NCBI RefSeq assembly: GCF_022045235.1 | Contig: NW_027266319.1 | Coordinates: 28,334,001-28,398,000 of the forward strand | Source of the DNA: Haliotis cracherodii | Lineage: Eukaryota | Direction of reading: 5' to 3' | Length of the DNA stretch: 64,000 nucleotides | Part shown: positions 1-14,184 of the stretch, one piece after another | Numbering within the stretch: the first letter of the stretch is position 1 | How the letters are laid out: each line of letters begins with the position of its first letter | The notes under the pieces: generated by a model | Databases searched by the model: none | What the model was told of the DNA's origin: nothing | The model's input: only the letters and a program-made list of their open reading frames with translations | Translations under genes and position numbers: made by a program

Positions 1-470
1 TCATTTAGGCGTTGATATTGTTCTTTTCTTAAATACTAAAATCATGACCTAATACCCACAACCGTAATACCAACAATACCCCTTCATTGGAAATGAGGAG
101 TTTACTCTACATAACAAACTTAAAGAGGTTAAGGAGCTGACAATAATAAAGATGGAAAGGTAACACTATATCACCATCTCATCCTGTGAGCCACTGGTTC
201 GACTTGTCAAGAGTCCATTATTTACAGACTGCCTTGCCATCACTGGCATATTGCATCAAACAACATCCACAAATTCTCTCTCTCGGACAAAATCGGACTT
301 CAGGCTTTCAGTATGATTGAGAGTCGATCTGTTTCATCGCTTATGAAATCAATGAATAGATATATCAATTGATGCAATAAACACTATTCGTTTAGAATTA
401 TTTTATTACTATATAAGTAAACTATGCTGCTTTGCCTCCTAAATGTAGAGAGCTGTACATTTTTACACTA
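1..470 (+). pseudogene. 3' tail (intron 3 and 3' UTR) of a further upstream paralog of the Cys-peptide family, lacking the normal exon-4 acceptor and stop
   Basis: 1-1190 aligns closely to 8840-10110, but the segment equivalent to about 9122-9218 (acceptor and GGAATCGAGGCTAA) is missing at about 283-292. Confidence 0.65.
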
Positions 471-1124
471 TACATGTATTTGTATCTTGAAACCTCAAGG
501 GTTCATGAACATCCACTAATCACTATCCGACTTGGGCGCACTTTGAGTAATTCCTGAGAATGATATTGTTTAAAATGAGGTGGAATTTACCTCCTGTCTA
601 TCAGCGATAAAAGTATATTTGTGATACATATTTATATCTTGGCTGCACCATTTCCAGAGCCAAGGAACATGTATCCTGGTCGGGATAATATATAAGAGGT
701 TTTAACTTGAATTCGTTTTCTTGATGTGAGATTGACCCCATGAATATGAATAGGATCCCAACAACTTATGCTGGTCGTAAGAGGCGACTTATGGAATGGG
801 TGGGGAAGCTTGGCGACTTGGTTGATTGAGCGTCACTGTGCCTCAACGACGTGGATCGTTGCTCATAATATCAGTCACTGGTTTGGTCTAGACTGACATA
901 TTACCGAATGCGGACTTAGAACAAATCAAACAAACAAAGAAATACCACCTATGCGCCAGGAAGAACTAAGAACCTCTTACTATAATATATTTCCATTTCA
1001 AATAGCTATTTTAAACAATCGTTGCCTGTATTGACCCTGACGAAATAAATTTGTATTTTTTACATCGTAACAGTGTCAAATATACAAACAAGAACACATC
1101 TAACAACATAACCTGTTTTATTGG

Positions 1125-1646
1125 TGTTACGTGTCGATTCCCCGATTTAAACATTATGTTAACCCTGAAATGTACGCAAAAGAACAAAGTGTGAAACCAA
1201 CAAATAACCAACAAGTGGTTTACAATCAACAAAAATGTATTTAAAAAGTCACTAAGTTTACAAATCAAGACAAATTACTGCACATCAATTACAATGGCAC
1301 AGAATGGCAGTACAATATTCAATATTAAATTAAATATTAAATAATATGATGACAATGGTCAGTATCAAATACACAAATACAGTGGTGATAGCAAAAGTCA
1401 GTGATAATATATATTCACTCAGCGGCGACAGTGGTCAAGCTTCCGAGATGGGCTTGGCAGGGAATGAGTGATGATGAGCGATCCTCACATGAAAGCTGAT
1501 TCTGGTGTGATGACAATACGTGAGAGATCCGTAAACACGCTTTTGTCCCACTATACATACAGCCTATCAAACTAGTGGAAATTTCTTTACAGTGCCTTCA
1601 CCAATCAAACGGTACTAGACCATTAAAGAAGTTTCCCTAACATCAA

Positions 1647-1677
<31 letters not shown>

Positions 1678-1840
1678 ACCGGACCGGAAGTTTACACACC
1701 ACACTTGCATCTAAATGTAGTAACTTCCGGACGACTGATAACTGTCCAAACACATTGCAATGAGCATCCACCGAATCTGAACATAAAGCATACAAACACA
1801 GTTACAATCATTGTTAAACAATAAACGCTGTCATATAACA
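1125..1840. mobile_element. Probable solo LTR (716 bp), Ty3/Gypsy-like termini
   Basis: TGTTA...TAACA ends, 4-bp TSD TTGG (1121-1124, 1841-1844). A homologous empty site with a single TTGG is at about 41576. An internally deleted copy starts at about 10045. Confidence 0.65.
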
Positions 1841-1910
1841 TTGGAAAGGATCATGTGATTAATGATTGAAGACAGTGTGATATTAATGACAGAACTAATG
1901 ATAAGATAAG

Positions 1911-2400
1911 GCAAGACATACATGACGTCCTCCATGTGATAACACACGACCCACTGGCTCGATCACCAACTCAAGGTCTTCAGCGGAATTCGGGCAAGGC
2001 CTTTAGATGGAACATACATGACGTCTTCCTTGTCATAACACACGACCCACTGGCTCGATCACCAACTCAAAGGCATCCCCGGAATAAGGGCAAGACCTTT
2101 AGATGGAACAAACATGACGTCTTGTCATAACACACGACCCACTGGCTCGATCACCAACTCAAAGTCACCACCGGAATTAGGGCAATATCTTTAGATGGAA
2201 CACACATGACGTCTTCCTTGTCATAACACACGACCCATTCACGCTCACCAACTCAAGGGCATCAGCGGAATAAGGGCAAGGCCTTTAGATGGAACATACA
2301 TGACGCCTTCCTTGTCATAACACACGACCCACTCATGCTCATCAACTCAAGGTCATCAGTGGTGTTCGGGAGAGACCTTTAGATGGAATATACGACGTCA
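1911..2400. repeat. Minisatellite, ~90-96 bp unit, about 5 copies
   Basis: Repeating CATGACGTCTTCCTTGTCATAACACACGACCCACTGGCTCGATCACCAACTCAA...TTTAGATGGAACA; related array at 41660-42220. Confidence 0.85.
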
Positions 2401-3892
2401 TCAAGATGTGAGCGAAAGTTTGAATCTCCAGAAATCATGATCATGATCGAACAATGTTTTATCGTGAAATAAACCACGCTTCGTTCTTCATTGTTCTTTG
2501 TGTTTTATTGTGAACTATCTTGATTATTATGTAAATAATCCGATTCTTCATCAGACATTTACGATGACATGCATCAACCTCGTAGTCCCCTCTTACGCCT
2601 ATCAGGGGTTTCTGAAGACCAATTCTAACACAGGTTCATATGAAGATACATGCATGATTGGCACAAAGTGTATTTCGTTGTTTAAATACTAACTGTAATA
2701 TACACCATCATCGTGCTATTTTACTTTTAGATATATACAGACAAAACAACCTGAGGGAATGAACAGTCTTTAAGAATATTCCAGTATAACGTGTCAACTT
2801 AATCTTAATGGGAAGATCTGTTTAAAGGGCAGGGATAACAAAGCTAGAAAATGGATTGACCAAGTACGTTGAAGTCAAAGGAGATTATGTTGCAAAATTA
2901 TGTGTGAACAATTTGGCCTACATTACCTTTTTGAGGCCATGAACGATTCAATTTATTGGCTTAGCTACTGGATCGATGCCAATATGTACATGGTGCTATT
3001 GCGCAACATTTGACAATGTTGTAGAGAACATCTAAGCACACAAGTTGCTTTTCTTTCGTGGAAAGGTTTATTCGGATTGCTATAGGCAAGTGACTTTGTT
3101 CGAAATGTGCCTCTGATCACCGGTGGGATGAGATGGTAATGTGGCTGTTAGCCTTCTAGCGCCTGACAGACAGCTTTGGGTTGTATACTCTCCAGGGAGC
3201 TGAGAATGAAAATCGAGTGCTCGCTGATCCATTGACCGGGGTTATAATGTAGCGCTTTGAGCATGAACTGCTACATGGAGGTTAGCGCATTATAAGTGCA
3301 TCGTCTTCATCATCGTGCGTATGTGCCACGTATTTTATCCTTTCATCTTTGGATTCATCTATGTCATGTTCAGTGTATACTTCTGGGCTCCGATCACGTC
3401 CATCTGGTCTGGGCCAGTGTTGTTATTGTGTTGTTCCAAGCGCTTTACTTCGGAATTTACAAACTGAAATGTGCACTGTTGTCAGGGAGTGAAAGAGTAC
3501 GGTTTTATCCGATTTTAGCTATGTTAATTTTAAAAGGCCTGGTCGTTGCTGCTATTTTAACGGGTTGTGTGTTGATACGCAATGGTTTGGCGGCATGTAA
3601 ACAATAGAGTCTGAGCCAGGCGCACCAGTGGTTGATATAATGAGCATGGCCCGACGGTGTCAGGGTACGATCACACTTTCAGGCAGGTGCACATTGTGAC
3701 CACCCGATCCTCTGCTGTGTTGGCGATCAGACAAGGGGGTTATGTTAGGGACCTATTCTGACCCATGTGGTTAATGGTTAATGAGGTTTGGTTAAATGGT
3801 TTATTAATATGAAGGTCATAAATGAAAATAGAGAGGGTAATCAAATAGCACTCAGTCTATTCCCTTGTCTTTGTCAAGTGTTTATTTCGTAT

Positions 3893-4212
3893 GTGAGGCG
3901 AGGCTGCACTTAAGATTATTGCACTTCAATAGCGACGTGCATGCACGTGTATGTGCGTCTGCTTGTACTGATTCCGATTTATAGTACTAGCCATCTGAGA
4001 TGCCATGCCGCAGTTTAACATGAATAAACCACTCAGACACAGTATACTGACTCCGAGCAGAGCAGTCCTTGTTTTAGTCCCTTATTTTCGAGCGCCAGAC
4101 AGGGAAACAACAAGTACCATATTTTAACGTTTTTTGGTATGAGGCGGACGGGGATCTAACCCCGGACCTTCAGCTCTCCGGGCAGACGCTCTACCACTAG
4201 ACCACGGACGCG
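3893..4212 (-). mobile_element. tRNA-derived SINE, family C
   Basis: Reverse complement of the 33547-33898 element. Confidence 0.75.
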
Positions 4213-6601
4213 TTCCTTATTTCAATACAATACAATACAATACAATACAAATACAATAAAATATATAAATTTAAAAGTTTTTTTATATAAAGTTATTTTA
4301 TCATTTGACCCCTATTTGAGTAACGACAATACAGCCTTTGTATTATTTAAAAACTGTGTATTTAATCAAATGCTTCTTTTAAGCAATAGTCGGGCAAACG
4401 TTCGGCCATTAACTACTTGTTTTTAGCAACAGTCCAGCCACCGGTGCAAAGACACCAGAAATGGGCTTCACAGATTGTACTCATTTTGCAAAGGGGATCG
4501 AACCCGGGTACTCGCCGTGACAAGCCAGCGATTTGTCCACTATACTATCCCATCGTTTCTTACAAAACGGAAACTTAAGTTATGTAAGTTCTGAATAGTT
4601 GTGACGTTCTGTATTGCTATTATCGAGTGTTGATGAACGACATTCTTCAATTAACTATTATTGTGTCATTTTCGTGACTCATCCCATCCTATAACTTGAG
4701 GAATATATGTACATTGTCTGGATACATATGCCACATCGCGTCAGCTGTTCCTTGAATTATGTTCACTACTATCCTTCCATCTAATGGGTACTATGGAAAC
4801 AGACTGATACTTCACTGACTCAAGTTGGTTTAAATTCTTAAAACAGCTTGCCCCTGCTCGAGATCAATGTTCAACATTTGGTATTGACATTGGACGATTT
4901 CGCAACTTACCTACATGCCGGCGACTGTGAAGTCTGTGGTCTTAACTTGGGACAATTTGGTAGATACCTTGTTTGTGGAAATCATTGATGACATAAAATG
5001 ATTTAGCATTGGTAATGTTTATCAAACATGCAAACTGAATACATTACATGGATATCCTTGTCTATTTATGGGAGGATAGGGGGGGGGGGGGGGCTGGGAG
5101 GAGGAAGTGTGTGTGTGTGTGGTTGTGCGATCTGTATCAGGGCATGTTGACACGCTGTGCTTGTATAACAAACAATTAGGTCATACGAATGCAGTCATCG
5201 TTTTCGAAGAAAGCCGGAACAGCCTCGTTGACCTATGGAACACTGGATGGGACATCCTCGCAGTCCCACGAAACCACAAAAAAACAGAGTTTTTGGTTTA
5301 TAGTAAATTCTTTCAAAATTCGCGAATGGACATTTGGACAGGGTGATAAATCTCTCAAGCTCGCAATCCCGACTTGTGAAATCGCGAGAACACGAGACTG
5401 CGACATTCAATTTTATCGGTGCTGCGTAACAGCATGGGGACATACGTCTTCATTTAACTAGTCCCCTGTGATGTTCAAGTTGATTGACGGAGTCTTGGTC
5501 TGGTATGAACATGACAACGTTATCATCGTTATTATCGTCACATGTATGCAGATGGGAGTTAATGCAACCTTTTATGTTATTTACGCAAAACAACATTATA
5601 ATAATCTGCGAAAACAAGGACCCGAGGAACCGAGGGTCCGGTCAGACCGTCGAAGGGGTTTGGCCTGAGGGTTCTTGCTTTTGCATGGTGACCTCGTCAA
5701 GAGTAATCATTCGTTTTGTTATACCGAAAGTCACTTTAAAGTTTATGAAGCCTTTAAACCGTCCTCGGTTTCATAACAGTAACTAAGATGCGAACTGTAA
5801 AATGTTTGTATACCAGACGCCGTCGTGTTTTCCAGCAGACGAGTCAATATCCATCACGTCACAGGTCAGTGCTGATCATGTGACGAGTCAATATTCAGTG
5901 TCAGTCACATGATTTGGGGGTCTACATTTAAATGTATTGTTTCTTCAAGTGGGGCGGATTAACCAATGGAATTGCAAGATTCTTAATAAATGTATAGCAA
6001 AGCGGACTAGTTACTACATGTCAAGCTATGTAATGTAAGGAAGTCATATCCTATTTGTACAGTTCGTACATCTTTTAAATTTTTTTCCTTACTATTTAAC
6101 AAATAAATGTACTTACAGTTGGGAGGGAAGAAAAATGCTACGATGATGCAATCATTAAGCTGTCCTGAATCTGAAGTACCGACATTTTTCAGCCGCGACA
6201 ATAATCGTGTGTAATTATTCACGAGTAACAGTTTAGAATTTGTGTGCTATGCATCGTGACCATCTGCCTCATCATAGATCGTAATTACACTATCATACGT
6301 AATATTATAACTGGCCAATCACAAGCAAATGACTTTCTCTATGGGATAATAAGAAACGATACATACACTGCTTGTAGTTTCTTTTTTTTAAAACCCACTC
6401 AGACCTACTTTTTAGCTCTCATCAACATACTCAGTACTTTAGGCCATAATAAAATAATTGAAATCCCCGTCAGCTTCACAACCAAACATACTCCCTCAAG
6501 TCACTGTATTGTCGCCAGGATACCTACAGAGAAGAAATATATGCTTGCTCCCTTCTATATTTAAATGATTAAATACACCGTAGGTATGTGTCCCTTACAA
6601 T

Positions 6602-6700
6602 ATTCCATAGTAACGCGCTGTCACTTAGAATATTTCAGCTATATCGTGACCCGTCATTTAGAAGGCATCCTGTTCTGTCGTGGGTATATATATATATATT
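6602..6700 (+). promoter_or_regulatory. Proximal promoter of copy 1: conserved ATTCCATAGTAACGCGCTG block plus TATA
   Basis: The block is near-identical at 6602, 15571, 21087 and 29739 and always lies upstream of CTGTCGTGGGTATA-like TATA. Confidence 0.6.
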
Positions 6701-6747
6701 GCCTGTGCAACGTAAAGGGCTCATTTGTGACACAATCTCCGACGATA

Positions 6748-9169
6748 ATGGCGAAGTTATTGCTGGTCCTCATTTTGACTGTGCTGTCGATATCTGCAAT
6801 TACAGAGGCGCAATTTACTTACCGTAAGTAATAAGTTTGCTTGTTTCTCTTATTAAATCCTAAAACAGTTGACGAGTATCCACAAAGGCAATAAACTATG
6901 ATAAATAAATACAAAGTGATGTCGGCATAACATCGTACTCTCGTCTTAATCGCTTAATATTTATATTTATATTTACTAAACTACGGAACACTGTGGCCAG
7001 ATACTCTTTGAATACCTACAAAATCTTTGGATGCGAGGACATACTTATCATTTCCGCGAACTCCTGGTGTCATCACTGACTTCCCACTCAATGAAATCTG
7101 CTTGGTCAGATAATCGAGAATGCTTATATTCTTTGGCGTTGACGTTCTATATCTAAAAAAATACAATTAACTTTTTTTATGAACTAATACAACACGGTTA
7201 TATGTTTAGTTTTGTCCATTCCTTACAAGAAATAAACATAATTTAGAGAGAGATAGAAAATTGTAAATAACCTGACCCCAATTCCAAGTCTGTCTTACAG
7301 ATCCTGATACAAATATATCAAATACAGCCCATGCAAGTCTATATTGTTGGCAAGTCTAGATTACTGCAGTATCTGAAAATGAAGAGAGTCTCTGGGCTCC
7401 TTTTTATTCTATTTTTTTAAAGATAATTTAACAACTGTTTTTTTCTGTAAGATATATTCATTTCAGAGACGATATGTTAGTCTACCCTATTCCCAGAATA
7501 ATAATATTGTCATCATGCTTGCCTAACCTGTCTTGACAGGACTTTTTGTTTAGTTAGAAGTCTGTGCAATGAATCCATAGTTAATACACTATGTGTCGCA
7601 GGTTGTCCTCCCAACTGCCAAGACAGCACGTGCACATCCATGGGCTGTGTAACCTGCAACTCTGGCTACTGCCTATACTACAGAAACAGGTGAGAAGAAT
7701 ACAGGATCAAGGGGTGCTGACTTGACCATGAGTATCTATACCTATCCCCATGGTGATTTCCTGGGCAGAAAGTCTCGCTATACCTCATGGTACATCACTC
7801 ATGTGGGGCATCGAAGCGAGCCTCTGTGAGATGAGCGAAAGCTTTAATCACTTGACTTCTTGTCGTGAAAGCCGACGTGCGGGGTTGCAGTGCGTGCCTG
7901 GCTGACCGTGTGTCATCGTGCCTCAACAGGCTACACTGACTTGCCTGCTCACACTCCAGTACTTAAAGCCTCCCTGCTTCAAAAGTGTGGACTGCGGCAT
8001 ACAGCGTCAATCACTTCGTGACACTTCTGATGAAGAGATGGTGATGATGCGAGTTAAGACAAGGATTAAAACCAAATAAAAAACGTAATAATAACGCTAG
8101 AAATGATATATGTGAAACTCAAAAAACCAAAACGGAGATTGAAGGCGATCGTTAAATAAGAATTCAATGGTGATTTCATTGCAATGACAACACTCGCGAA
8201 TGTATAGCACTCTTGTATAACTGATTTATTAAACATTGCTAATTGTTATTGTAAAACGGAAATGAGGCTGTATTACAGGAAATTGTGATGTATACATTCG
8301 TAGATTTGACACTTAAAGCCTCCATATTAAGTTTCATTAAGCTGCATCAAATTAACGATAAGATGCCTGTAAATTCACTGTTGCTTGATCTCCTGATGGT
8401 AATACGTTATTTATTTTGTTCCACAGAATAGGCATATGCGTCCGTAACTGCCCGGCTGGAATGTCCTGTTACCATGGTGCTATCTCCATCTGTACGAGTA
8501 AGTAGACCGCCTTCTCACAAAGATGAAACTATGTGCTTATGTGCTAGTTTTCGGTCACTGATTCAAAACGTGAAAAATACTTTCTCACAACATTATTTTG
8601 AGGACTTCATGCATTCGTTTGGGTAAAATATGAGACAAAGGACAAGGACAACGTGGACATTTAGGACGGCTTCTCTTAATTTGGACAGACCATTCAGTTG
8701 TTTTCCTGTATGTAAGTACGCAACACATGCCTTTGAGTATCGTGTGCTACATTCTACATGTACAGACACGTGGGTTTGTCTAGCGACACAGCCTCTTTGT
8801 CACTGTACCGGAGTGACTTATGGGTCGGATATACATAACTCATTTAGGCGTTGATATTGTTCTTTTCTTAAATACTAAAATCATGACCTGATAACCACAA
8901 CTGCGATACAAACAATACCCCTTCATTGGAAATGGGGAGTTTACTCTACAGACCAAACTTAAAGAGGTTAAGGAGCTGACAATAATAAAGATGGAAAGGT
9001 AACACTATATCACCATCTCATCCTGTGAGCCACTGGTTCGACTAGCCAAGAGTCCATTATTTACAGGCTGCCTTGCCATCACTGGCATATTACATTAAAC
9101 AACATCCACTCACCCTCTCTCTGTTAGACTTACTGACAATACCTTTTCCTTGTAGGGAATCGAGGCTAA
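6748..9169 (+). CDS. Secreted 10-Cys peptide precursor, copy 1 (82 aa); exons 6748-6823, 7602-7689, 8427-8497, 9156-9169: MAKLLLVLILTVLSISAITEA|QFTYRCPPNCQDSTCTSMGCVTCNSGYCLYYRNRIGICVRNCPAGMSCYHGAISICTRNRG*
   Basis: Manual splicing with canonical GT..AG at all three introns and compatible phases (1,2,1). TATA about 60 nt upstream, hydrophobic signal peptide ending TEA, AATAAA at 9282 and 9303. The same exon structure recurs in three paralogs. Confidence 0.88.
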
Positions 9170-10267
9170 CAGGGGGTTGCTGGAAATAAGGAACGACAAA
9201 GGAACTTCCGAACACTTCATCGGACTTCAGGCATTCAGTATGATTTAGAGTTGATCTGTTTAATCGCTTGTAAAGTCAATGAATAAATATATCAATTGAT
9301 GCAATAAACAAACACTGTTCGTTTGGAATTATTTTATTACTATATAAGTAAACTATGCTACTTTGCTTCCTAAATGTAGAGAGTTGTAGATTTGTACACT
9401 ATATTTGTATCTTGAAACCTCAAGGGTTCATGAAATCCACTAATCACTATCCGACTTGGACGCACTTTGAGTAATTCCTGAGAATGATATTGTTTAAAAT
9501 GAGGTGGAATTTACCTCCTGTCTATCAACGATAAAAGTAAATTTGTGATACATATTTATATCTTGGCTGCACCATTTCCAGAGCGAAGGACCATATATCC
9601 TGGTCGGGATAATATATAAGAGGTTTTAACTTGAATGTGAGATGGACCCCTTCGGGATTCCGGGTTAGAGTAGGATCCCAGCAACCTATGTTGGTCGTAG
9701 GAGGCGACTTGTGGAACGGATGGTGAGGTTTGGCGACTTGATTGACTGCGCGTCACTGTGCCTCAACGACGTGGATCGTTGCTCATAATATCAGTCACTG
9801 GTTTGGTCTAGACTGACATATTACCGAATGCGGACTTAAAACAAATCAAACAAACAAAGAAACATCACCTATGCGCCTTGAAGAACTAAGAACCTCTTAC
9901 TATAATATATTTCCATTTCAAATAGCTATTTTAAACAATCGTTGCCTGTATTGACCCTGACGAAATATATTTGTATTTTTTACATCGTAACAGTGTCAAA
10001 TATACAAACAAGAACACATCTGACAACATAACCTGTTTTATTGGCGTTACTTGTCGATTCCCCTATTTAAACATTATGTTAACCCTGAAATGTACATAAA
10101 AGAACTAAGTGTAATCCTCACATGAAAGCTGATTCCAAAGTGATGACAATACGTGAGAGATCCGTAAACAAGCCTTTGTCCCACTATATATACAGCCTAT
10201 CAAGCTAGTGGAATTTTTTTTACAGTGCCTTCACCAATCAAACGGTACTAGACCATTAAAGACTGCC

Positions 10268-10535
10268 TGACTGAGTTGGGTTTAACGCCGCTTTTAACAT
10301 TATTCCAGTTATATCACGGCGTGTCAGCTTGATGTGGGAGGAAAGCCCGAAGTGATGCAGGTCTAAGACGTTTACCACTTCGGTGAAACCCACGAGCACG
10401 GGTATGGTGCTGACAAACCTAGAAACATAATTGGGGCGAACCGGGATTCGAACCCACAATCATAGGTTCCTGGCGTGCTCAAGGGACGCAACTCTGCACA
10501 GCGAATCGCGGCGCCTTAGACGACTGGGCCACACA
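10268..10535 (-). mobile_element. tRNA-derived SINE, family D
   Basis: tRNA-like head on the - strand (GGCCCAGTCGTCTAAGGCGC...GTTCGAATCCC); near-identical copies at 36111-36369, 40613-40889 and 43960-44168. Confidence 0.7.
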
Positions 10536-11015
10536 CCCACCATCCCCACCCCCACCCCCACCCCCACCCCATTCGACATTTTTCGACAATTTGGCCAGTA
10601 GTAGAGAACACACAAGTTGCTGCAATTTCGTGGAAAGGTTTACTCGGTTTGCTATTCTCAAAAATACGTACGTTGAAATAAAATGGATTTTTCCTATATG
10701 TCTAAAAACAATGTAAGACCACTTACTCCAATCATGTTGATATACCCTGCTACTCATGCTCTGGGGGCGGGGCATCCATCAGACCGCCAATGTATCGTAT
10801 CCTGCTCCCCCGTACTCCAGGAGTAGGACCCACCCTTGATGTCAGCCATTCCTGGGACTCTCGCTGCATCCACCCGCTTCACCCCAGAGGGGGCAGTAGC
10901 TGATTCCGCGAGGTTCATACCCATGTCGACTGAGTGGTCAATAATACTGTGGAATATGGACGCAAAGAAGTAGGTGAGTGAGGTATACAGTTCATATATA
11001 TACCACAAACTATTC

Positions 11016-11215
11016 GGGCGGTGGGGTAGCCTAGTTGTTAATGCGTCGGCTTGTCACGCCGAAGACCCGGGTTCGATTCCCCACATGAGTACAATGTTTG
11101 AAGTCCATTTTTCGGTATCCCCCGCCATGGTATTGGTGGAATATTGCTAAAAGCGGTGTAAAAACATACTCATTCTTCCACTCACTCACTCACTCACTCA
11201 CTCACTCACTCACTC
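11016..11215 (+). mobile_element. tRNA-derived SINE, family A, (CACT)n tail
   Basis: A box TAGCCTAGTTG, B box GGTTCGATTCC; more than ten copies in the window. Confidence 0.85.
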
Positions 11216-11632
11216 TTCATATATATCGATGCATGGTTTGGGCAGAGTACCATATACCCATTTCAACACCATGATGTTAAGGGAAGCCGGTAAAACTGCC
11301 GTAGTGAGTGAGTGAGTGAATTATTGATAACGTCTCATACATGTATACCGGGTGTGTCGTGTAGTGATATGATCCATTGTCAAAGTTTATTCCGTGACAG
11401 ACAGACAAGTCGTCAAGTAGTTCGTGGTACATGTACCTATCCTCCTGGTACATTATTAATATTAATAAACTTCAGTCACATGATAAATGTGTACAGTCCA
11501 TTTCTAAACACCCTCTACTGGGGACCGTTGAAACCGCGCAGGGTGACTTTATGGGCTGCTTATAGTTTAACTTAGCGTTCACGTCGCCTATCCATACTCA
11601 TCAGGCTACATATTAAACTCATCAGGCTACAT

Positions 11633-13179
11633 AAACTGACGTCCAAAAGAAAATTTACCAGAGTTTGAAATCACTCTTGCTCAAAAACAACAAAACAAAC
11701 ATACATGCATGAAGTAAAGTGTATTGAGCAGATCAATATATCAACATAATCAACACTGAAAATGACAATCATACCGCGACCGAGAATGACGTCAGAGCCC
11801 CCCAAAGTTGGGTGTGGTACAAAACTCGAGCTTTCAGAATCATGGACAATAGGCAGAGTACATAAGCAATCGCTCACGTTCAATAACAAGTCATTAGTAG
11901 CGTGTGTGACCACCAAATGCCTCAATACACGCAAAAACTCTTCGACGCACAGAAAAAGTCAGTCGTCTGATCAGGTCACGTGGGATTTGACGCCATTCTT
12001 CTTGGAGCGCCAAGATCAGTTCTTGCCGGTTGGCTGGAGAGTGTGGTCGTTGTCGAACACGACGATCCATCAATTCCCAGAGGTGTTCTATGGGGGACAT
12101 GTCGGGTGAGCGTGCAGGCTACGGCAGGACGTTGACGTTGTTGGCTGCGAGGAAGTTAGTGACAATTCTGGCTGTATAGGCTCTAGCGTTGTCATGCTAA
12201 CATGACACCACGTGGCTGCTGTTGGAGAAATGGTAGGACAACTGGGCGAAGAATGTTATCCATGAAACGCTGAGCTGTCAAGTTTCCGTCAACGATTACC
12301 AGCGGTGTCCTCTCCTGCCCACAGATACCTCCCCACACCATGACACTCCCTCCACCATATGGTACGACCTCCTGAACGCAACACGACGGCGTTCGTTCAC
12401 CCCTTCGGCGGTAAACACGTTGTCTTCCATCAGCCCTAAACATACAGAATCGACTTTCGTCAGTGAAGACAACCCTCTGCCAGTCACGTCGTTGCCAACG
12501 TCGTACAGTCCGGGCCCATCTCAATCGCAGACGACGATGTTGCGCTGTCAATAGCTGTCCTCTGTATGGTCTAAAAGCCCTGATTCCATGAGCCCTGAGT
12601 CTCCTGGCCACTGTCTGTCGACTAACCCTGTGACCTAAGGCATTTGTCGCCGATGACGTCACTGTCAGGAAGCGATTTCGGAGGTGCAAGGTACGCAAGT
12701 ACCGGTCATTATGGGGCGTGGTCACCCTGGGTCTGCCTGTTCTTGGCCTGTCAGCGGTCCGCCCTGTCTGTCTGATACATTTTCATCAAGTTGGTAATGG
12801 CAACACGGGAGCAACCGAAGGTTCGTGCACTATGGGCGTGTGTAGCTCCCATCTGTTCCATACCCAAGGCTCGTTCACGTTGTTCGACTGTGAGTCGTGG
12901 CATTTCTTTTGTGTGTTTTTTTATCACTGTGGATGTCTGACTTGCCGTTGCAATCGTTTTATACCCTTACCCGCGCGTGCATTTGCAGTTGTCCGTGGTG
13001 CACGTATTTTCACTTTTTCGCGTGTTATCTCGCAAACATGTAACAGACGATTAACATTTTCTGCATACACTATTGTTATATTTAGGTTATGTGTTTTAGA
13101 TAGACGTAATCAAAAAAAAATTATACTTTGTCTGAAATTTATATTTTCAGTTGGTAAAGTTTCTTTTGGACGTCAGTTT
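11633..13179 (-). mobile_element. Tc1-like (DD34E) DNA transposon, full length, transposase frameshifted
   Basis: 28-bp TIRs AAACTGACGTCCAAAAGAAA(A/C)TTTACCA (27/28 match). Transposase from ATG 12903 with VFTDESRF, GGGSVMVWGGI, HDNA and SPDMSPIEHLW split over several frames. Confidence 0.93.
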
Positions 13180-13980
13180 GTCAAATACAGCTTAAAGGAT
13201 AGGGCCAATTTGAATGTAGCGGCATCTGAAAGAGATGACTGCAATCATTTGCGTTGTCACTATCTTACCTTTGCTTCAACATGGGTATGTTCTGTACTCT
13301 GGGGGTAGAGACGACAAGTGGTAGAGATTCATACGTTACACTATTCACAATTTCATGTATATTTCTGTGAAATATGTTACCCATTGAATGCAAATTTAGT
13401 AAATTTAGACTAATTATATGTTTAATTCAAATTTAGTATATGGAGTTTGGTCGAAGTGGGTCACTCAAAAGAAATATACTTTTTACGTTATACAGGCCAA
13501 TTTCAGAGGTAAAGAAAAAAATCGTCATGTCTGATTTTGTTTGTTTTAAATCATAAACACCTTACATTTAATGGAATCATTTCAAGGTAACATTTGGTCG
13601 TTAGGGGAAATGTCTGGGTTTGTGAGACCCTCTGCTTCATCTTGCAGCTGACTCCTCGCAATCTTTGTCAGACGTAGGTTGTTTGAAAAACAACTCATTT
13701 TATATCAGTTCTGAAACCTCGGCCTATTTACTGACATTGTATGATAACCAGCAGTAAATGAAGTCCCAGGAACACCTGCTATGTCCCATGTCCATGCTTC
13801 CCGTGTCCATGTCCGTGTAATGCATACTACGAATGACCATCCCTTTACCCCGAACTTCAATGTGGCTGAACTCGAGTTAATTCCGTTACTTTTTGCTGAC
13901 AATGCTGCCAAAATAACTGCCAGCTGGTACAACTTTTGATTAACATACTTAAGTATACCGCCGTTTTTTCTCATTTTTCG

Positions 13981-14138
13981 TGAGTGAGTGAGTGAATATG
14001 GTTTTACGCCGCTTTTGGCAATATTCCAGCAATATCGCGACGGGGGACACCAGAAATGGGCTTCACACATTGTACCCATGTCGGGAATCGAACCCGGGTC
14101 TTCGGCGTGACGAGCGAACGGTTTAATCACTAGGCTAC
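13981..14138 (-). mobile_element. SINE family A
   Basis: Reverse complement of the family A consensus. Confidence 0.85.
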
Positions 14139-14184
14139 AGTCAGGCTGGTTAGGCTCATCTTCTGCTCATGGTCCTTGCCCCCT

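Noticed and set aside
2800-2950. Mariner C-terminal remnant (VEVKGDYV)
   Set aside because: Too short and decayed to delimit.
6565-6831. 88-aa ORF as a complete protein
   Set aside because: Only the part from ATG 6748 is exon 1; the upstream part spans the TATA box and is not conserved as coding in paralogs.
11016-11090. tRNA-Asp-like gene (and similar tRNA-like heads elsewhere)
   Set aside because: The heads continue into a shared body and simple-repeat tail, some with TSDs, so they are SINEs rather than tRNA genes.
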